From positions 1 through 64,000 of the forward strand of contig DCMZ01000002.1 of assembly GCA_002321895.1 (NCBI GenBank): a stretch of DNA of 64,000 bases, in the 5' to 3' direction. Of the stretch, positions 15,635 through 26,341 are shown one piece after another. The position numbers and the translations under genes are program-made. Position 1 is the first letter of the stretch; each line of letters starts with the position of its first letter. Below the pieces are notes generated by a model, which was not told where the DNA came from, did no database searches, and saw only the letters and a program-made list of their open reading frames with translations. Source of the stretch: Bdellovibrionaceae bacterium UBA1609 (GTDB lineage Bacteria; Bdellovibrionota; Bdellovibrionia; Bdellovibrionales; UBA1609).

Positions 15635-17590
15635 TTAAAAATAGTTAAAGAGTTTCAAATTAACAGATTTATGGCCTTCGTTATTTTGGAAGCTAACTCC
15701 TAGGGACCAATTGGTTGTTATTGTACTTCTAAGCTCTGCTAAGCCAGATCGGTAAACCTCGCGTTGATCGCCCAAATAGAAGTAGTGTTTGTATTGGAGT
15801 ATTGATTTTGTATTTAAGCTCCAGTGATACAACAGTCCTACATCTGGCCCAACTCCCGCCAGAAAATCGGATCCGGGTAGATGGCGGCTCCATTTTAGTT
15901 CGGTAGTGATAAGTCCGTAGATCAAAAGATCTTCTTGAGAAGTGAGTGCGTAGGTTCTGCCTGAGGCCAGCTCTATACCGAATAGATCGCAAGCGGAAAG
16001 GCAGTTCTCGTCAATTCGCCTTTCATGGCCAAATATCATTTTCCAAGATTTGTTGGGTTGATAATAAGAGTAGGCAGGAAGGGCAATCACCTCAAGAGCG
16101 GCAAAGGAGTCTAAAATAAATTCGTTTTGCTCCTCCCAATAGGTCCCTTCGATATGAAAGAATCCTACTCCTGCATTTCGCATATAACCCACTTCACCAT
16201 CCAACACATCATGGAGTGCGAACCTCATGTCGAATCCCAGTCCAAAATGCCCGAGTGTGTCCGTGCGCCCGACCAAGCCCCAGCGAGCGGATTCATGGCC
16301 CCGATCCGGTTGAGCCTGTTCGGGCAAAGGGATCTGAAGGGATAGTGTTTCTAGAGGATTTCGAGCTCGAAGCTGCAATAGTTTAAACTTAGCCTTCAGG
16401 CTTGGACTTTCCTTTTCGTAGTAATCGTCGGGGTTGATGAGTTCAATAAAGTCCAATCCGGCATCGAGCATATCTCGTTGCTGAGACTCGGAGAATGTCG
16501 AAAGTGCAGAGGTATTCACTTTATTAGAGGCCAAATCTTTCACCCATTCCGCTTGGTCGGGGTTGAGTTTATCCAGCCGGGCAAAGACTTGTGTTCGTAT
16601 GGAAGGCCGGTAGTCGACCGCTTTTACTAACCCTGGTACTTTCGCAAGAGCTCTTACGGTATCACCAGGTATCATCCAAAACGGCACCTTATCCATGACT
16701 TGTATTCTTGGTACAGCGGCTTGCAAACCTCTTAAGACGTAATAGGCACAGTTTTCGGTAAGGAAATAATAGTCATAAGGAGAGTTTCCCAACTCCCAAA
16801 GTTGATCCATTAGATCATCCACCTCAGTTTGATTCAGGTCTAAGTGGTAGGTCCAAATATCACGAGCTTCATAATCGTTGTACTCTCTGACTTTAAAATA
16901 ATAAGGCACTGAACTGAATGTTCCAGGAAAGAATCCTGCCAGTCCTCCGACGGCATACCAAATGGGATTCACCCCATCGGGTATATTTGAAGCGTAGTTT
17001 ATACCGCGGTCGAGTAATTCTGTCTTTTTAGAGTGGTCATTCAGATTTTTATTGCTGGAAACTTTAATAAGAGTGTGTCCAAATGCGGAAGATGGCGAGT
17101 TCACGTTGTAAGAGGAAAAGGATATCCCGATGGATTTGGCATTATGCTTATCAATGTAGAGGTCATAGAGTTCACAGTTGGCTGGGCTTTCTGTAGGCGC
17201 AAACCCTTTTAAATTTCGTTTTAACCATTTGAAACGAAATGGAAATCGACACCGAGGATGTTGATCGACTTTATAGGAATTTTGATGGGCTTCGTTAAAT
17301 AGCTGAACAAGAGCCTGAAGTTCTTTTTTAGGATGAGTTCGGCCTTCCGGATGTGCGTAAAACTTTGGAGAGGTGGCTAGCCCCTTATATCCACCCCAGG
17401 TGGAGGGTTGATAATGCATAAGGAACAACCATTGTTCACTTTTAGCCAGTGATTCTATAGTGTCCGGCCTAGATTCAAGGGCAAAGGCATTCCAATTTAG
17501 CAGTAAAAAAAGAAGCCCCAGCAATGGCTGAGGCTTCTGTATGCGAAAACTCATGTAGAGAATTATTATCCTAAGTCTACATTTGTGCAA
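15635..17590 (-). CDS. Large secreted protein, tentatively DUF4105/Lnb-N-like at the N-terminus with a beta-rich C-terminal region
   Basis: 651 aa with a signal peptide (LLGLLFLLLNWNAFA). WLFLMHYQPSTWGGY...ELQALVQLF resembles the DUF4105 N-terminal motif (low certainty). Ends in an aromatic residue (LKLFNYF), as OM proteins do. Confidence 0.45.
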   Translation of the reverse strand: MHKCRLRIIILYMSFRIQKPQPLLGLLFLLLNWNAFALESRPDTIESLAKSEQWLFLMHYQPSTWGGYKGLATSPKFYAHPEGRTHPKKELQALVQLFNEAHQNSYKVDQHPRCRFPFRFKWLKRNLKGFAPTESPANCELYDLYIDKHNAKSIGISFSSYNVNSPSSAFGHTLIKVSSNKNLNDHSKKTELLDRGINYASNIPDGVNPIWYAVGGLAGFFPGTFSSVPYYFKVREYNDYEARDIWTYHLDLNQTEVDDLMDQLWELGNSPYDYYFLTENCAYYVLRGLQAAVPRIQVMDKVPFWMIPGDTVRALAKVPGLVKAVDYRPSIRTQVFARLDKLNPDQAEWVKDLASNKVNTSALSTFSESQQRDMLDAGLDFIELINPDDYYEKESPSLKAKFKLLQLRARNPLETLSLQIPLPEQAQPDRGHESARWGLVGRTDTLGHFGLGFDMRFALHDVLDGEVGYMRNAGVGFFHIEGTYWEEQNEFILDSFAALEVIALPAYSYYQPNKSWKMIFGHERRIDENCLSACDLFGIELASGRTYALTSQEDLLIYGLITTELKWSRHLPGSDFLAGVGPDVGLLYHWSLNTKSILQYKHYFYLGDQREVYRSGLAELRSTITTNWSLGVSFQNNEGHKSVNLKLFNYF

Positions 17591-18162
17591 GATTGAGAAA
17601 GTTCTTTGTCTCTAAGCAACACGTTCACAACGCTATCCGTAATTTGCATAGGCTGAACTCTTTCATTAGGAAAGATAGTGGAGAAGTTAGCTTTCATTGT
17701 GCGGCCAAAATGTTCAGAATTTTGGCAGCCCAAAAGCTGACTTAAAGTGGCAACGCTTTCGCCGCTTCCACGAGCCATATCAGAGGCTAATGTCACTTTG
17801 TTTGTTTTAACAAACTGATCTACATTCCAAGCCCATTCTTTGTGACCAGGATCTGTACAGTTTGAGGTTCCGAAAGTGATTCCAACGATTGTAGATTCGA
17901 TACCATAGATATTGTTAGTGGTAGCAGCAAATACTTGATTGCCGTCTTTACCCATAACAATAGAACCTAATCCACATCCAGCAAGACCATACTTTCTTTC
18001 GAAAGTAGCTTCTTTGTCCATCATCATTTCTTTTTTGTGTTTGTGGCCTTTATGACCTTTATGTCCTTTGTGACCTTTTTTTCCTTTAGCGTTCGCAGAA
18101 AGAGAAACAGCAAGCAATGCAGTCACTACAATTGAGAGTACTTTAACTAAATTCATTTTCAT
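17566..18162 (-). CDS. Periplasmic protein, paralogue B, with an N-terminal histidine-rich (KGHKGHKGHKGHKHKK) tract
   Basis: Signal peptide. Shares GLAGCGLGS...ARGSGES...C-x-N motifs with the upstream ORF. GGGGGA SD precedes the ATG pair at 18162/18156 (the ORF track uses a TTG at 18174). Confidence 0.6.
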   Translation of the reverse strand: MKMNLVKVLSIVVTALLAVSLSANAKGKKGHKGHKGHKGHKHKKEMMMDKEATFERKYGLAGCGLGSIVMGKDGNQVFAATTNNIYGIESTIVGITFGTSNCTDPGHKEWAWNVDQFVKTNKVTLASDMARGSGESVATLSQLLGCQNSEHFGRTMKANFSTIFPNERVQPMQITDSVVNVLLRDKELSQSCTNVDLG

Positions 18163-18174
18163 TTTATCCCCCAA

Positions 18175-18699
18175 TTACGAAAGTTCGTTACAGCCGATTT
18201 TGTTAGTAACAATGACTTCTTCTACTTTGCGGCTTGTTTCTTCAGTAGAACGTCCTTCTTCAAAAATATCGTTGAAATGAGTCTTTAAAGTGTCGGCCAA
18301 TACATTTGCATTTTCGCACTTATAGATTCCAGAAAGGTTAGTGATTGTTTCACCGCTACCACGGCTAACATCTTTCATAAAAGCAACATGGTTGATAGAG
18401 ATATAAACGGCAGCCATCTCTTGTGCGCTTTCAACACAGCCGGAAGTTCCAGATGTAACAGCAGAAGTTTGAGATGCTGATTTATTTGTAATGTGTTGGA
18501 AAATCTGTGGGATTTTACCGGGTTTGTTTTCGAAAATTTGTGTGCCTAGACCACAACCGGCCATACCGTAACCAAAACTGTCTTGTGCCATTGCAATGCT
18601 TCCTAGGGAAGCGATAGCGGCAACAAGTACAACATGTGCAATTGTCTTCATTCCATCCTCCTGAACGACTTTGTTAATTTGATTATTACATTCACTCAA
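18175..18699 (-). CDS. Periplasmic protein, paralogue A (same family as 17566..18162, no His tract)
   Basis: GMAGCGLGT, SRGSGETITNLSG and a C-terminal Cys are conserved between the two ORFs. Tandem duplication. Confidence 0.6.
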   Translation of the reverse strand: MSECNNQINKVVQEDGMKTIAHVVLVAAIASLGSIAMAQDSFGYGMAGCGLGTQIFENKPGKIPQIFQHITNKSASQTSAVTSGTSGCVESAQEMAAVYISINHVAFMKDVSRGSGETITNLSGIYKCENANVLADTLKTHFNDIFEEGRSTEETSRKVEEVIVTNKIGCNELS

Positions 18700-18781
18700 A
18701 AATATGGGAAATAAGCAAGTAACGTCGGAGAGTTACAAAAGACTAGACCTCAATGGGGGCCTATGATCTACTCGATTTTCA

Positions 18782-19675
18782 ATGGTACTTTTTAAGTTTT
18801 CAAATATCAGTGAAAAGCTAATAAACTTAATTTTCTTTTCATGGATTGTTCTAGCGACGAGTGCTTGCACCAATGTGTTTCTACAGCCTTCTCGAGGTAA
18901 ATTTACCGACCCTCATCGTTTTAATATTCAGTTTGCAGAGAAACAGCTTCATGTAAATAAGGATGTCCGGCTCACTTACTGGCATTTTCCAGCTCAAAGA
19001 TGGGAAGAAGGGGAGAGAAGTCTCGTAAAGCCTAGAGCGATGCTCTTACATTTTCACGGCAATGCACAAAACATTAGCAGTCATTTCCGAGGAATGATGT
19101 GGGCGCTGCCTGTTGGTCTGGATGTAGTGACCTTTGATTATCAAGGCTACGGCTCTTCTTCCGGCACCAAAGACATCGATAGTGCCTTTTCTGATTCTCT
19201 GATGATGTTGAAATGGGCTGAAACAGAGGCCGAAAAGAAAAATCTTCCGCTGATAGTTTACGGTCAAAGCCTAGGCGGGAGTTTATTGCTGAAGGCCTTA
19301 GAAAATTATCGGCCCAAAAATCTTAAGCTAGTGGTAGTGGAGAGCTCTTTTTCAGATTATGGAACTGTAGCGCGGGAAGCACTCTCAAGAAATTGGTTCA
19401 CCTATATTTTGCAACCACTCACATATTTTTTGATTTCAAATGAATACTCTATAGATAGAAACAGAGTAAAAGAAATTGCACCGGTGCCCGTCATATTAAT
19501 TTACGGCGATCAGGATTCTATAGTGGAAGTGTCGCATGGCAAAAGACTATATAAGTATTTAGCCGACCCGAAAGAACTGTGGATTCACTCCAACCCTGGC
19601 CATATCAACGGGATGTTTGTGGAGCAGGGTAAATACAAAAAGCGACTCATAGAAAAAATGAATCAACTTTTTTAG
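18782..19675 (+). CDS. Alpha/beta-hydrolase fold protein (secreted esterase/peptidase-like)
   Basis: Nucleophile elbow G-Q-S-L-G-G (GxSxG); HFHGNAQN oxyanion-region-like; D and H later (YGDQDS...NPGHINGM). Confidence 0.75.
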   Translation: MVLFKFSNISEKLINLIFFSWIVLATSACTNVFLQPSRGKFTDPHRFNIQFAEKQLHVNKDVRLTYWHFPAQRWEEGERSLVKPRAMLLHFHGNAQNISSHFRGMMWALPVGLDVVTFDYQGYGSSSGTKDIDSAFSDSLMMLKWAETEAEKKNLPLIVYGQSLGGSLLLKALENYRPKNLKLVVVESSFSDYGTVAREALSRNWFTYILQPLTYFLISNEYSIDRNRVKEIAPVPVILIYGDQDSIVEVSHGKRLYKYLADPKELWIHSNPGHINGMFVEQGKYKKRLIEKMNQLF

Positions 19676-19678
19676 ACC

Positions 19679-20440
19679 CTACCAGCCGAACCCTAATCGC
19701 AAACCAAGTGTTTCCTGGGTGTCTTCAAGAGATTCATTCCATTCAATATTAATGGCGTTGTATTCCAATCCTAGTAAAAATCCAGGGCCGTAGGTGCTAA
19801 CTCCGAGAGATACTGTGGTATGTATTCCTTCATCTTCATAGGGGCCGAAGGTGCCATGGCTATTGATCACTTCAGTTTCTGTTGTATGAGTGTTTTGAAT
19901 TCCAGAAATATATACAATGGCACGTTCAAATTTATAGCCAATACTAAGCCCCAGTTCCGAAGTAGTTACTTGAGTGTCGGCAAAATCAAGTTCGGCCTCT
20001 GTTCCGCTTTCGTCGTTCCAGGTCCCATAGGCACCTTGAATTGATGCTACCCATTTACCAGCTCCGTTTCCGTGTCCTAGGAACTGCCACCTGAGACCAA
20101 AATTGGAAGTGCCGTAGAGGTAGAGTTCGACTTGGGGAAATAGTGTAAGATCAGTTTCTAGACCAAACGTGTCCAACACGAAAAGAGTTTCAAAAAAACC
20201 TTCTTCACTGGTGTCATCATTGATGTCAATGGTTCGATCTGGAGGGTTAGACTCTTTATCGGCGATAAGAGTGATTTCAGTGGGCTGAGCGCTGGAAAAC
20301 GCAACCTGCCCCTGCCATTGTTCGTCAGCAACATGTGGGACGGCGAAATGGGAGGATCTAAAGTCTACAGTGTGACTACATCCCATTAGGAAGAATGATA
20401 CTCCAATTGGAACCAGTGTTTTGAAAATGGGTAACTTCAT
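19679..20440 (-). CDS. Putative outer-membrane lipoprotein / small beta-barrel protein
   Basis: Lipobox FLMGCS; alternating amphipathic beta-strand pattern; C-terminal LRLGFGW aromatic terminus. Confidence 0.5.
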   Translation of the reverse strand: MKLPIFKTLVPIGVSFFLMGCSHTVDFRSSHFAVPHVADEQWQGQVAFSSAQPTEITLIADKESNPPDRTIDINDDTSEEGFFETLFVLDTFGLETDLTLFPQVELYLYGTSNFGLRWQFLGHGNGAGKWVASIQGAYGTWNDESGTEAELDFADTQVTTSELGLSIGYKFERAIVYISGIQNTHTTETEVINSHGTFGPYEDEGIHTTVSLGVSTYGPGFLLGLEYNAINIEWNESLEDTQETLGLRLGFGW

Positions 20441-20616
20441 TAATTAACCTTCCTTGAATTTTCCAATGTCCTTATATACTAGCTTTGGTCAAATTCATTG
20501 GTCCAATGGGATTTTGTTTACCCACCTTGGTCCAGGAAGAATGATGAGCTGTTAGGATCTGAAGGAGAATTGGATTTTTGCATTGTTCTAGAGGCTTCAA
20601 CCATTAGGATAAGAAA

Positions 20617-21765
20617 GTGAGTTTTGAAAGGATGGGCTTTATGAAAACGGAGAACTTATTACTTCTAGTCGTCTTTTCTTTGGTAAATATCACATGTGTT
20701 CACGCTGACGAGTTTAAGAGTACAAGAACCAATGCCAGCGTTAAAACCACTCCTCAGTCCTTTTCATTCGCGGTGATCTCCGATTTAAATCAAAGCTACG
20801 GTAGCACGAGTTACCCCCAAGAGGTGGCTCGGTCTATAGAAAGTATTACGAGTGACCCACAAATTGAGTTGGTGCTTTCCACCGGTGATATGGTTGCCGG
20901 TCAAAAAAGAGGACTGGACTATAGAAGTATGTGGAGCGCTTTTCATGAAGCGGTCACTTTGCCACTCACTCGAAGTGGGTTGCCGTTTGCTCCTTCTCCA
21001 GGAAATCATGATGCTTCTATGGGTAAGTCTTATCAGGAAGAAAGAGACACCTATCAAGATGAATTCCTAAATCTTGAGCCTTCGGCTCTTCGTAATCAGC
21101 AGGGCGAGTCACATTTTGGGGAGATTCAATGGATCGAAGGATCTCAGTTTCCTTTCTATTATGGATTCCTCTACAAAAACGTTTTGTTTGTGGCACTGGA
21201 TGCCACGGGCGTAGGAACTCTATCATCAGAGCAAGCGGAATGGGTGGAGACGGTCTTTAGGGAAAATCAAAATGTAAAGGGACGAATTCTATTTGGACAT
21301 GTGTCTTTATTTCCATTTGTCAGAGAGAAAGCGAGTGAATATTTGGCTCGTGGATCAGTGGCCTTTGGAAATCGATTTGAGAGGTTACTGGATGAGTACA
21401 AAGTCGATCTTTTTATTACGGGTCATCAGCATGCCTACTATCAAGGGGATCGAGAAATTCATACCAGATATGTTTCAGCCCCTCTTTTAGGATCTGGTTT
21501 TCGTACCTATCTTGGTCATGACTCTCATCCCAAATCTCCAAGGGGTTTTTTAAAAATTACTTTTGATGGGGATTCTCATTTTTCTGTTCATGCCATTCGA
21601 GGTAGTAATGGAGCTGATTTTACGAATCAGATTCCTCTTGATCTGAGAGTACCTGGTGAGAGTTCCAGTCGATGTAAATTGTGTGGAGAATTTCCCAGTG
21701 AATTCTTTTTGGATAATACCGACAGAGTTTTATTTTATAGATCGCAAACATTAGATAAAAAGTAG
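20617..21765 (+). CDS. Calcineurin-like metallophosphoesterase, secreted
   Basis: GDMVAG, SPGNHD, GHQHAYY and GH motifs in MPE order. Signal peptide. Likely start at MKTEN (20641). Confidence 0.75.
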   Translation: MSFERMGFMKTENLLLLVVFSLVNITCVHADEFKSTRTNASVKTTPQSFSFAVISDLNQSYGSTSYPQEVARSIESITSDPQIELVLSTGDMVAGQKRGLDYRSMWSAFHEAVTLPLTRSGLPFAPSPGNHDASMGKSYQEERDTYQDEFLNLEPSALRNQQGESHFGEIQWIEGSQFPFYYGFLYKNVLFVALDATGVGTLSSEQAEWVETVFRENQNVKGRILFGHVSLFPFVREKASEYLARGSVAFGNRFERLLDEYKVDLFITGHQHAYYQGDREIHTRYVSAPLLGSGFRTYLGHDSHPKSPRGFLKITFDGDSHFSVHAIRGSNGADFTNQIPLDLRVPGESSSRCKLCGEFPSEFFLDNTDRVLFYRSQTLDKK

Positions 21766-21787
21766 GAAATTCTTTGCTGCATTAAAA

Positions 21788-21810
21788 AAGCCGCGACGAT
21801 ATCGCGGCTT
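21788..21810 (-). terminator. Hairpin gccgcga-cgata-tcgcggc with T6 on the minus strand; terminator for 21838..22785 and possibly bidirectional
   Basis: aaaaaagccgcgacgatatcgcggcttct. The A-run reads as a U-run on the minus strand. Confidence 0.7.
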
Positions 21811-21837
21811 CTATCCACTCTACAAATTTAATCCACA

Positions 21838-22785
21838 CTACTGAGGAATTACATAACGAATTCTAGTATCAAATTTAAAAGCTGAACTCTTGCAGTCACG
21901 GTCGTTGTCACCAGTGACAATAAATTTAAACTCATGCACATTGCTTGATCCTGAAGCGGCCATGATGGTTTGAATGGGATTGGAGCCAATGTTAAGGCTA
22001 AAATCACCGGTTTTCTGAGTTTCAGGAAGTTGGCAGTTTGAAACTGGATTACCTTCCTCATCCAAAAGGTCTTCGCCTAGACAGTAGGGCGTATAATTTC
22101 TATTTCCAGAATCCCAAGATTGCCCTGCAATGCCGGCCCAATCGTATGCATACACTTGCCCAAGGTTCTCCATTTCATCTGCCACTTGGATGTAATTAGA
22201 TTCCATAAACTCATTTGTGGAAGCGCCTAAAACGTAGTTATTCAGTGTAAATATAAAGTGATCATCGTAGTACATGGTGGATACACCAGCATTAAAATCG
22301 ATATCACAAAGAACAGCCCCTTCAGGAAGTGTAATGTACCTAGCATGCTCCACTCGTGCTTGATAATAACGGTCTTTGGGCGCTAAATTTCCATCTACAT
22401 TGTAGTTACAACCCGCATATTCTGGGAAGCTCACTTCCACCTCAGCCTCGTAGGCCTGTGCATTTTGGCATGCATACGCGACATCATCATAGTTGTTTTC
22501 CACTCCGTCTCTATCTGGATCATAGGGAGCATCCGGGTCGGAATCATTATTTTCTCCACCACCGACTATTCCGCCGTCTTCCACTTCTACATCGCCTTCC
22601 CCAGGAGGCTGATTGTAGCCGGTATCAGGGTCTCCACTCACTTCATTAGATGTATCCTCCGGAATGGATGCTGGGATAGAAACTTTTTCTACGTTTTCAA
22701 ACTGCATGGCTGTTTCACCACAGTTTTGGAAAAACATCATTAGTGTACTTGCTAACGCCAATGAAAATATTTGTTTCTGATTCAT
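21838..22785 (-). CDS. Hypothetical acidic lipoprotein with 8 Cys
   Basis: 315 aa. Lipobox FFQNCGE; D/E/G-rich N-terminal region; no known domain recognised. Confidence 0.55.
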   Translation of the reverse strand: MNQKQIFSLALASTLMMFFQNCGETAMQFENVEKVSIPASIPEDTSNEVSGDPDTGYNQPPGEGDVEVEDGGIVGGGENNDSDPDAPYDPDRDGVENNYDDVAYACQNAQAYEAEVEVSFPEYAGCNYNVDGNLAPKDRYYQARVEHARYITLPEGAVLCDIDFNAGVSTMYYDDHFIFTLNNYVLGASTNEFMESNYIQVADEMENLGQVYAYDWAGIAGQSWDSGNRNYTPYCLGEDLLDEEGNPVSNCQLPETQKTGDFSLNIGSNPIQTIMAASGSSNVHEFKFIVTGDNDRDCKSSAFKFDTRIRYVIPQ

Positions 22786-23041
22786 TTTGAGACCCCTCTC
22801 ACATATCCCCTAGCTACCCTAATAAAAAGCAAACACGATGCCAGCCGAAATCCAACATAAGCCTCAGAGACTTTAATTTTTTTGACACCTTTTTGACTTC
22901 GTATAGTTTTTAGTCGTTTAAAAATTAGATTTGGATCGTTTTGAGAAAACAAAAAAGTTAACCTATTGGTTTCAATAGTTTGCGATTGAAAGCTGACTGT
23001 ATAAATTCTCGATAGGTTCTAGATCTGACAGAAAATAGACA

Positions 23042-26041
23042 CTAATCCGAACTCAACTTTAGTTTTCTAACCACATGATTGGCACGATCGCCGATAAATA
23101 GGTCACCATTTTCATCGAAAAGTACGTCGCCAGGATAGTAGTGTGTGGCAGATGTTCCAGTTATGCCCTCTTGCTCAAGGCCATAGGGAGAGCCCGCTCG
23201 GCGAGTGGCTTCAAGGTTACCTGAAACTGTCGAAATTCTTCCATCGGAGAGATCTATACACCGTACGTTGTGATCCCAGGTGTTTGCAAAGCAAATATAA
23301 TCTTCATTTACATCCACACCAAGGGGACGGTAGCAGCGCGCACTGGTGGCAAAAATGCCTTCAGAAGGGGAGCCAGAGGTCCCACTATTACAAGCTATGG
23401 TTGAGACTGAATTGGCGTTTACAGTGAGGTTTCCAACCATTACCGGAGATCCTGTTCTATTCCAGTAGCGGACTTTAGAATTCCATGAATCTGTTATAAT
23501 TAAATTCCCGATACTGTCCACAGCTAAACCATGAGGGCGATTAAACTGCACGCTGCCCTCGGCGACATTATTATTGCCAGAGTTGCCAGATGATCCACAG
23601 GTTCCTAAAACAGAAGTGACATTTCCAGTGTTGTCCAACTGTTTGATGCAGTGGTTTTGTTGGTCGGCGATAAAGATAACATCATTGCCGCTGTCGTTGT
23701 AAACAGCCACATCGGTAGGGTAATTGAATTCATGGGAAAGAGCCGGTCCATCTGGGCCATCTCCCGGTCCATTTGTCGCTCCAAGTGGATCACCTGCCAC
23801 ATTGGAAATTCGATCACTCAGTATAAAAGTACCGAAATATGTTTTATTAGAAATGGTGCGGTTCCAAATGCGAAAGCTATGCCCTCGGGTATTTAGTTGA
23901 ATGAGACTACCGTCGGATAAAAGAGCGGCGCCGTTCATATAATTGTCACCACTATACTGAACGCGAGTGAAAGCGTTGGAGGGGACATCATTTTCAATTT
24001 CCGGGTTCCCATTCCCGCGACCCACAGCCGTTGAGATTTCTCCATAAGGCGTCATTTGTCTCACGCGGTAGTTGTTTTGATCCACAAAAAACAGGGTTCT
24101 AGATGAACTTTCATAGGCCAAGCCACCCAATTGATTAAAAAGATGATCGATAGAAGGTTTATCAACATCTCCTAAAAAGCCATAGCGGCTCGTACCGGAT
24201 CCTAAAATGTCATACATTTTAGCATCGCCAACATCAATGGAGCGAATACGGCGGTTATTGTAGTCGGCGATATAAAGCACGTCAGAATCGCTGACATCAG
24301 GAAAAATATTGTAGGGCTCGTTGAGCTGGGCAATATCGAGATCTACATTGGTGCCATTGTATCCGGAGCTCGTACCCGCTGCATTGAGGTAGCCAGCTTC
24401 ATTATTGGCAATAGTACGGGCGCCGATAGTAATGTCCGCTCCCGTATTATTGGCCAATGCAATTTTATCTCTGTCTCTAAAGGTGTAATAGATCCGATTG
24501 TTGATGTGATAGACCCCTTCTGGGTCACCAGTGTTTAGGGTTGTGGGTTTGCCGTTGGTTTGGTAACCCGTCGAACCCGTCCCAATAATGGTTCTTACAT
24601 TTCCAGCTCCTACAGAAACATCACCCCAAAAAGTAACTGTTGCACCGGTTGTATTCACATATCGAATCCGGTTATTGTCACTATGGGTTACGTAAATACC
24701 TGTAGCATCCACATGTAAACCCATGGGTCTTCGAGCGCCCGAGGTGAGTGCATCGGCATTTTCACCGGAAACATCATCTCCACCATCACCATAAACCGTG
24801 GTCGCTAAGTCAGTGGCAAGATCCCATTTTTTCACTCGGTTCTCTGAGCGGCAAGCTACATATAGGCTTCCACTATAGATGCGGATCGTGACTGGATTGT
24901 CACAATCGTGATTATAGGCGGTGTTGCCGTCAACATGTGAGGAGCCGAAACCCATACCGATAAACATATTGCCATTGGAATCGACATATTTGATGCGATG
25001 ACCATTATATTCACTTATATATAGGACACCTGTGGCATCGTTGTAAGCCACACTTCGGGGATTGTAGATGGCCGTTTCAAGGGCAGGGCCGTCCGAACCA
25101 GAGTTGGCTTCTCCAGTTCCAGCAACCACTTTAATAGTGTTGGCGGCAATGGTCTGTCCCACTCGGTTGACAGCACCGGCCGTTTTGTTCCAATACCAAA
25201 CTAAGTGATTTTCGTAATCAGCAATAAACATGTTGCCTAAAGCATCTTGAGTCATATCAATGGGTCGGATTCGCAAATCATACTCGGAGTCTAAGGGGTT
25301 TGTGTTGTCCCCCACGCTAGGGCTTCCGGCAATGGTGCAAATTTCACCCTGTTCCAACTCATTACAGGCCATGGGGAAGTGGTTCACTTCAGCGACCCAA
25401 GTCTCTTGAGTCGTGGCCGTTCCGTCGGAGACATTCACTTGAATATTTATCTGTCCCACAAGTGCATCGGCACCCGTTAGAGTGGCGGTGCTACCAGATC
25501 CTGTTAGATAAGCACTACTAGCTCCATTGATGAGCCATTCATAAGTTAAACTATCACTATTTGGATCCGTTGCAGTCACGGCTATCGAGATACTGGATCC
25601 CACAGAGACTTTTGGAGTGCCGGTTGTAACCTTTGTTACAACGGGAGGTCCGTTGACTCGAACATCCCAAGTGTGCTCGTCAGTAGAGACTCCATCATAA
25701 GCTGAAACTGTGAGTGTATGGTCACCAATATTAGTTAAGTCTCCCGTGATTGAATAGTTGGTACTACTTCCTTGTTGCACGCTGGTTCCATCAATCTCCC
25801 AAGTTAAAACTATTCCTCGTCCCAGAGGAGCTTCCGCGGTCACAAAAAACTGCTGAGTTTGGGATTGTTCGATAGTCACCGAACCGGCATCTGGAACCAC
25901 TTGAGTGATCGTAGTCTGCTCAATTTCGGAAACATCCGAACTATTGAGTGGATTAAAGTCATCACTCCCAGAGCCACAGCCTAGGAAGAACACAAATGAA
26001 ACTGAAATTGTCCAAAAATTCTTATTCATAAAAACAACCAA
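23042..26041 (-). CDS. NHL-repeat (six-bladed beta-propeller) lipoprotein with N-terminal Ig-like domains
   Basis: 999 aa. Lipobox FFLGCGSGS. Many NHL-type blades, e.g. MFIADYENHLVWYW, LYISEYNGHRIKYVD, LYIADYNNRRIRSID, IFIADQQNHCIKQLD, LFIGDRANHVVRKL. Confidence 0.8.
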   Translation of the reverse strand: MVVFMNKNFWTISVSFVFFLGCGSGSDDFNPLNSSDVSEIEQTTITQVVPDAGSVTIEQSQTQQFFVTAEAPLGRGIVLTWEIDGTSVQQGSSTNYSITGDLTNIGDHTLTVSAYDGVSTDEHTWDVRVNGPPVVTKVTTGTPKVSVGSSISIAVTATDPNSDSLTYEWLINGASSAYLTGSGSTATLTGADALVGQINIQVNVSDGTATTQETWVAEVNHFPMACNELEQGEICTIAGSPSVGDNTNPLDSEYDLRIRPIDMTQDALGNMFIADYENHLVWYWNKTAGAVNRVGQTIAANTIKVVAGTGEANSGSDGPALETAIYNPRSVAYNDATGVLYISEYNGHRIKYVDSNGNMFIGMGFGSSHVDGNTAYNHDCDNPVTIRIYSGSLYVACRSENRVKKWDLATDLATTVYGDGGDDVSGENADALTSGARRPMGLHVDATGIYVTHSDNNRIRYVNTTGATVTFWGDVSVGAGNVRTIIGTGSTGYQTNGKPTTLNTGDPEGVYHINNRIYYTFRDRDKIALANNTGADITIGARTIANNEAGYLNAAGTSSGYNGTNVDLDIAQLNEPYNIFPDVSDSDVLYIADYNNRRIRSIDVGDAKMYDILGSGTSRYGFLGDVDKPSIDHLFNQLGGLAYESSSRTLFFVDQNNYRVRQMTPYGEISTAVGRGNGNPEIENDVPSNAFTRVQYSGDNYMNGAALLSDGSLIQLNTRGHSFRIWNRTISNKTYFGTFILSDRISNVAGDPLGATNGPGDGPDGPALSHEFNYPTDVAVYNDSGNDVIFIADQQNHCIKQLDNTGNVTSVLGTCGSSGNSGNNNVAEGSVQFNRPHGLAVDSIGNLIITDSWNSKVRYWNRTGSPVMVGNLTVNANSVSTIACNSGTSGSPSEGIFATSARCYRPLGVDVNEDYICFANTWDHNVRCIDLSDGRISTVSGNLEATRRAGSPYGLEQEGITGTSATHYYPGDVLFDENGDLFIGDRANHVVRKLKLSSD

Positions 26042-26341
26042 CGTTACAACTTTGTTTACTAGTCCTTTATCGGTGCAACTAAGGGCGAGTTTTAGTGGGA
26101 TCGTTTCAGTTTGATTCTAACTAGACCATTTATTATTAATTTTTCATAAAATTCCAACGGAACCCATAAAGTTCGGCTCCCATGTATCAAAAGAATACAC
26201 TCAGTAAAGTTGTGAAATTTGATTCGGTCCTAGATTTGATCTGATAGCTAAAACCTCCGTCTAGTTTTCCAGTAAAATCAAAGGATTAACAGGTTTTCTT
26301 CCGAAATGTTCATTGACGATATTTTTTAGGAGTGGGCGGCA

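Noticed and set aside
22356-22743. Plus-strand ORFs 22356..22649 and 22465..22743 (His/Arg/Pro-rich)
   Set aside because: They are antisense to the acidic lipoprotein gene 21838..22785. The composition is the mirror of the D/E/G-rich sense frame.
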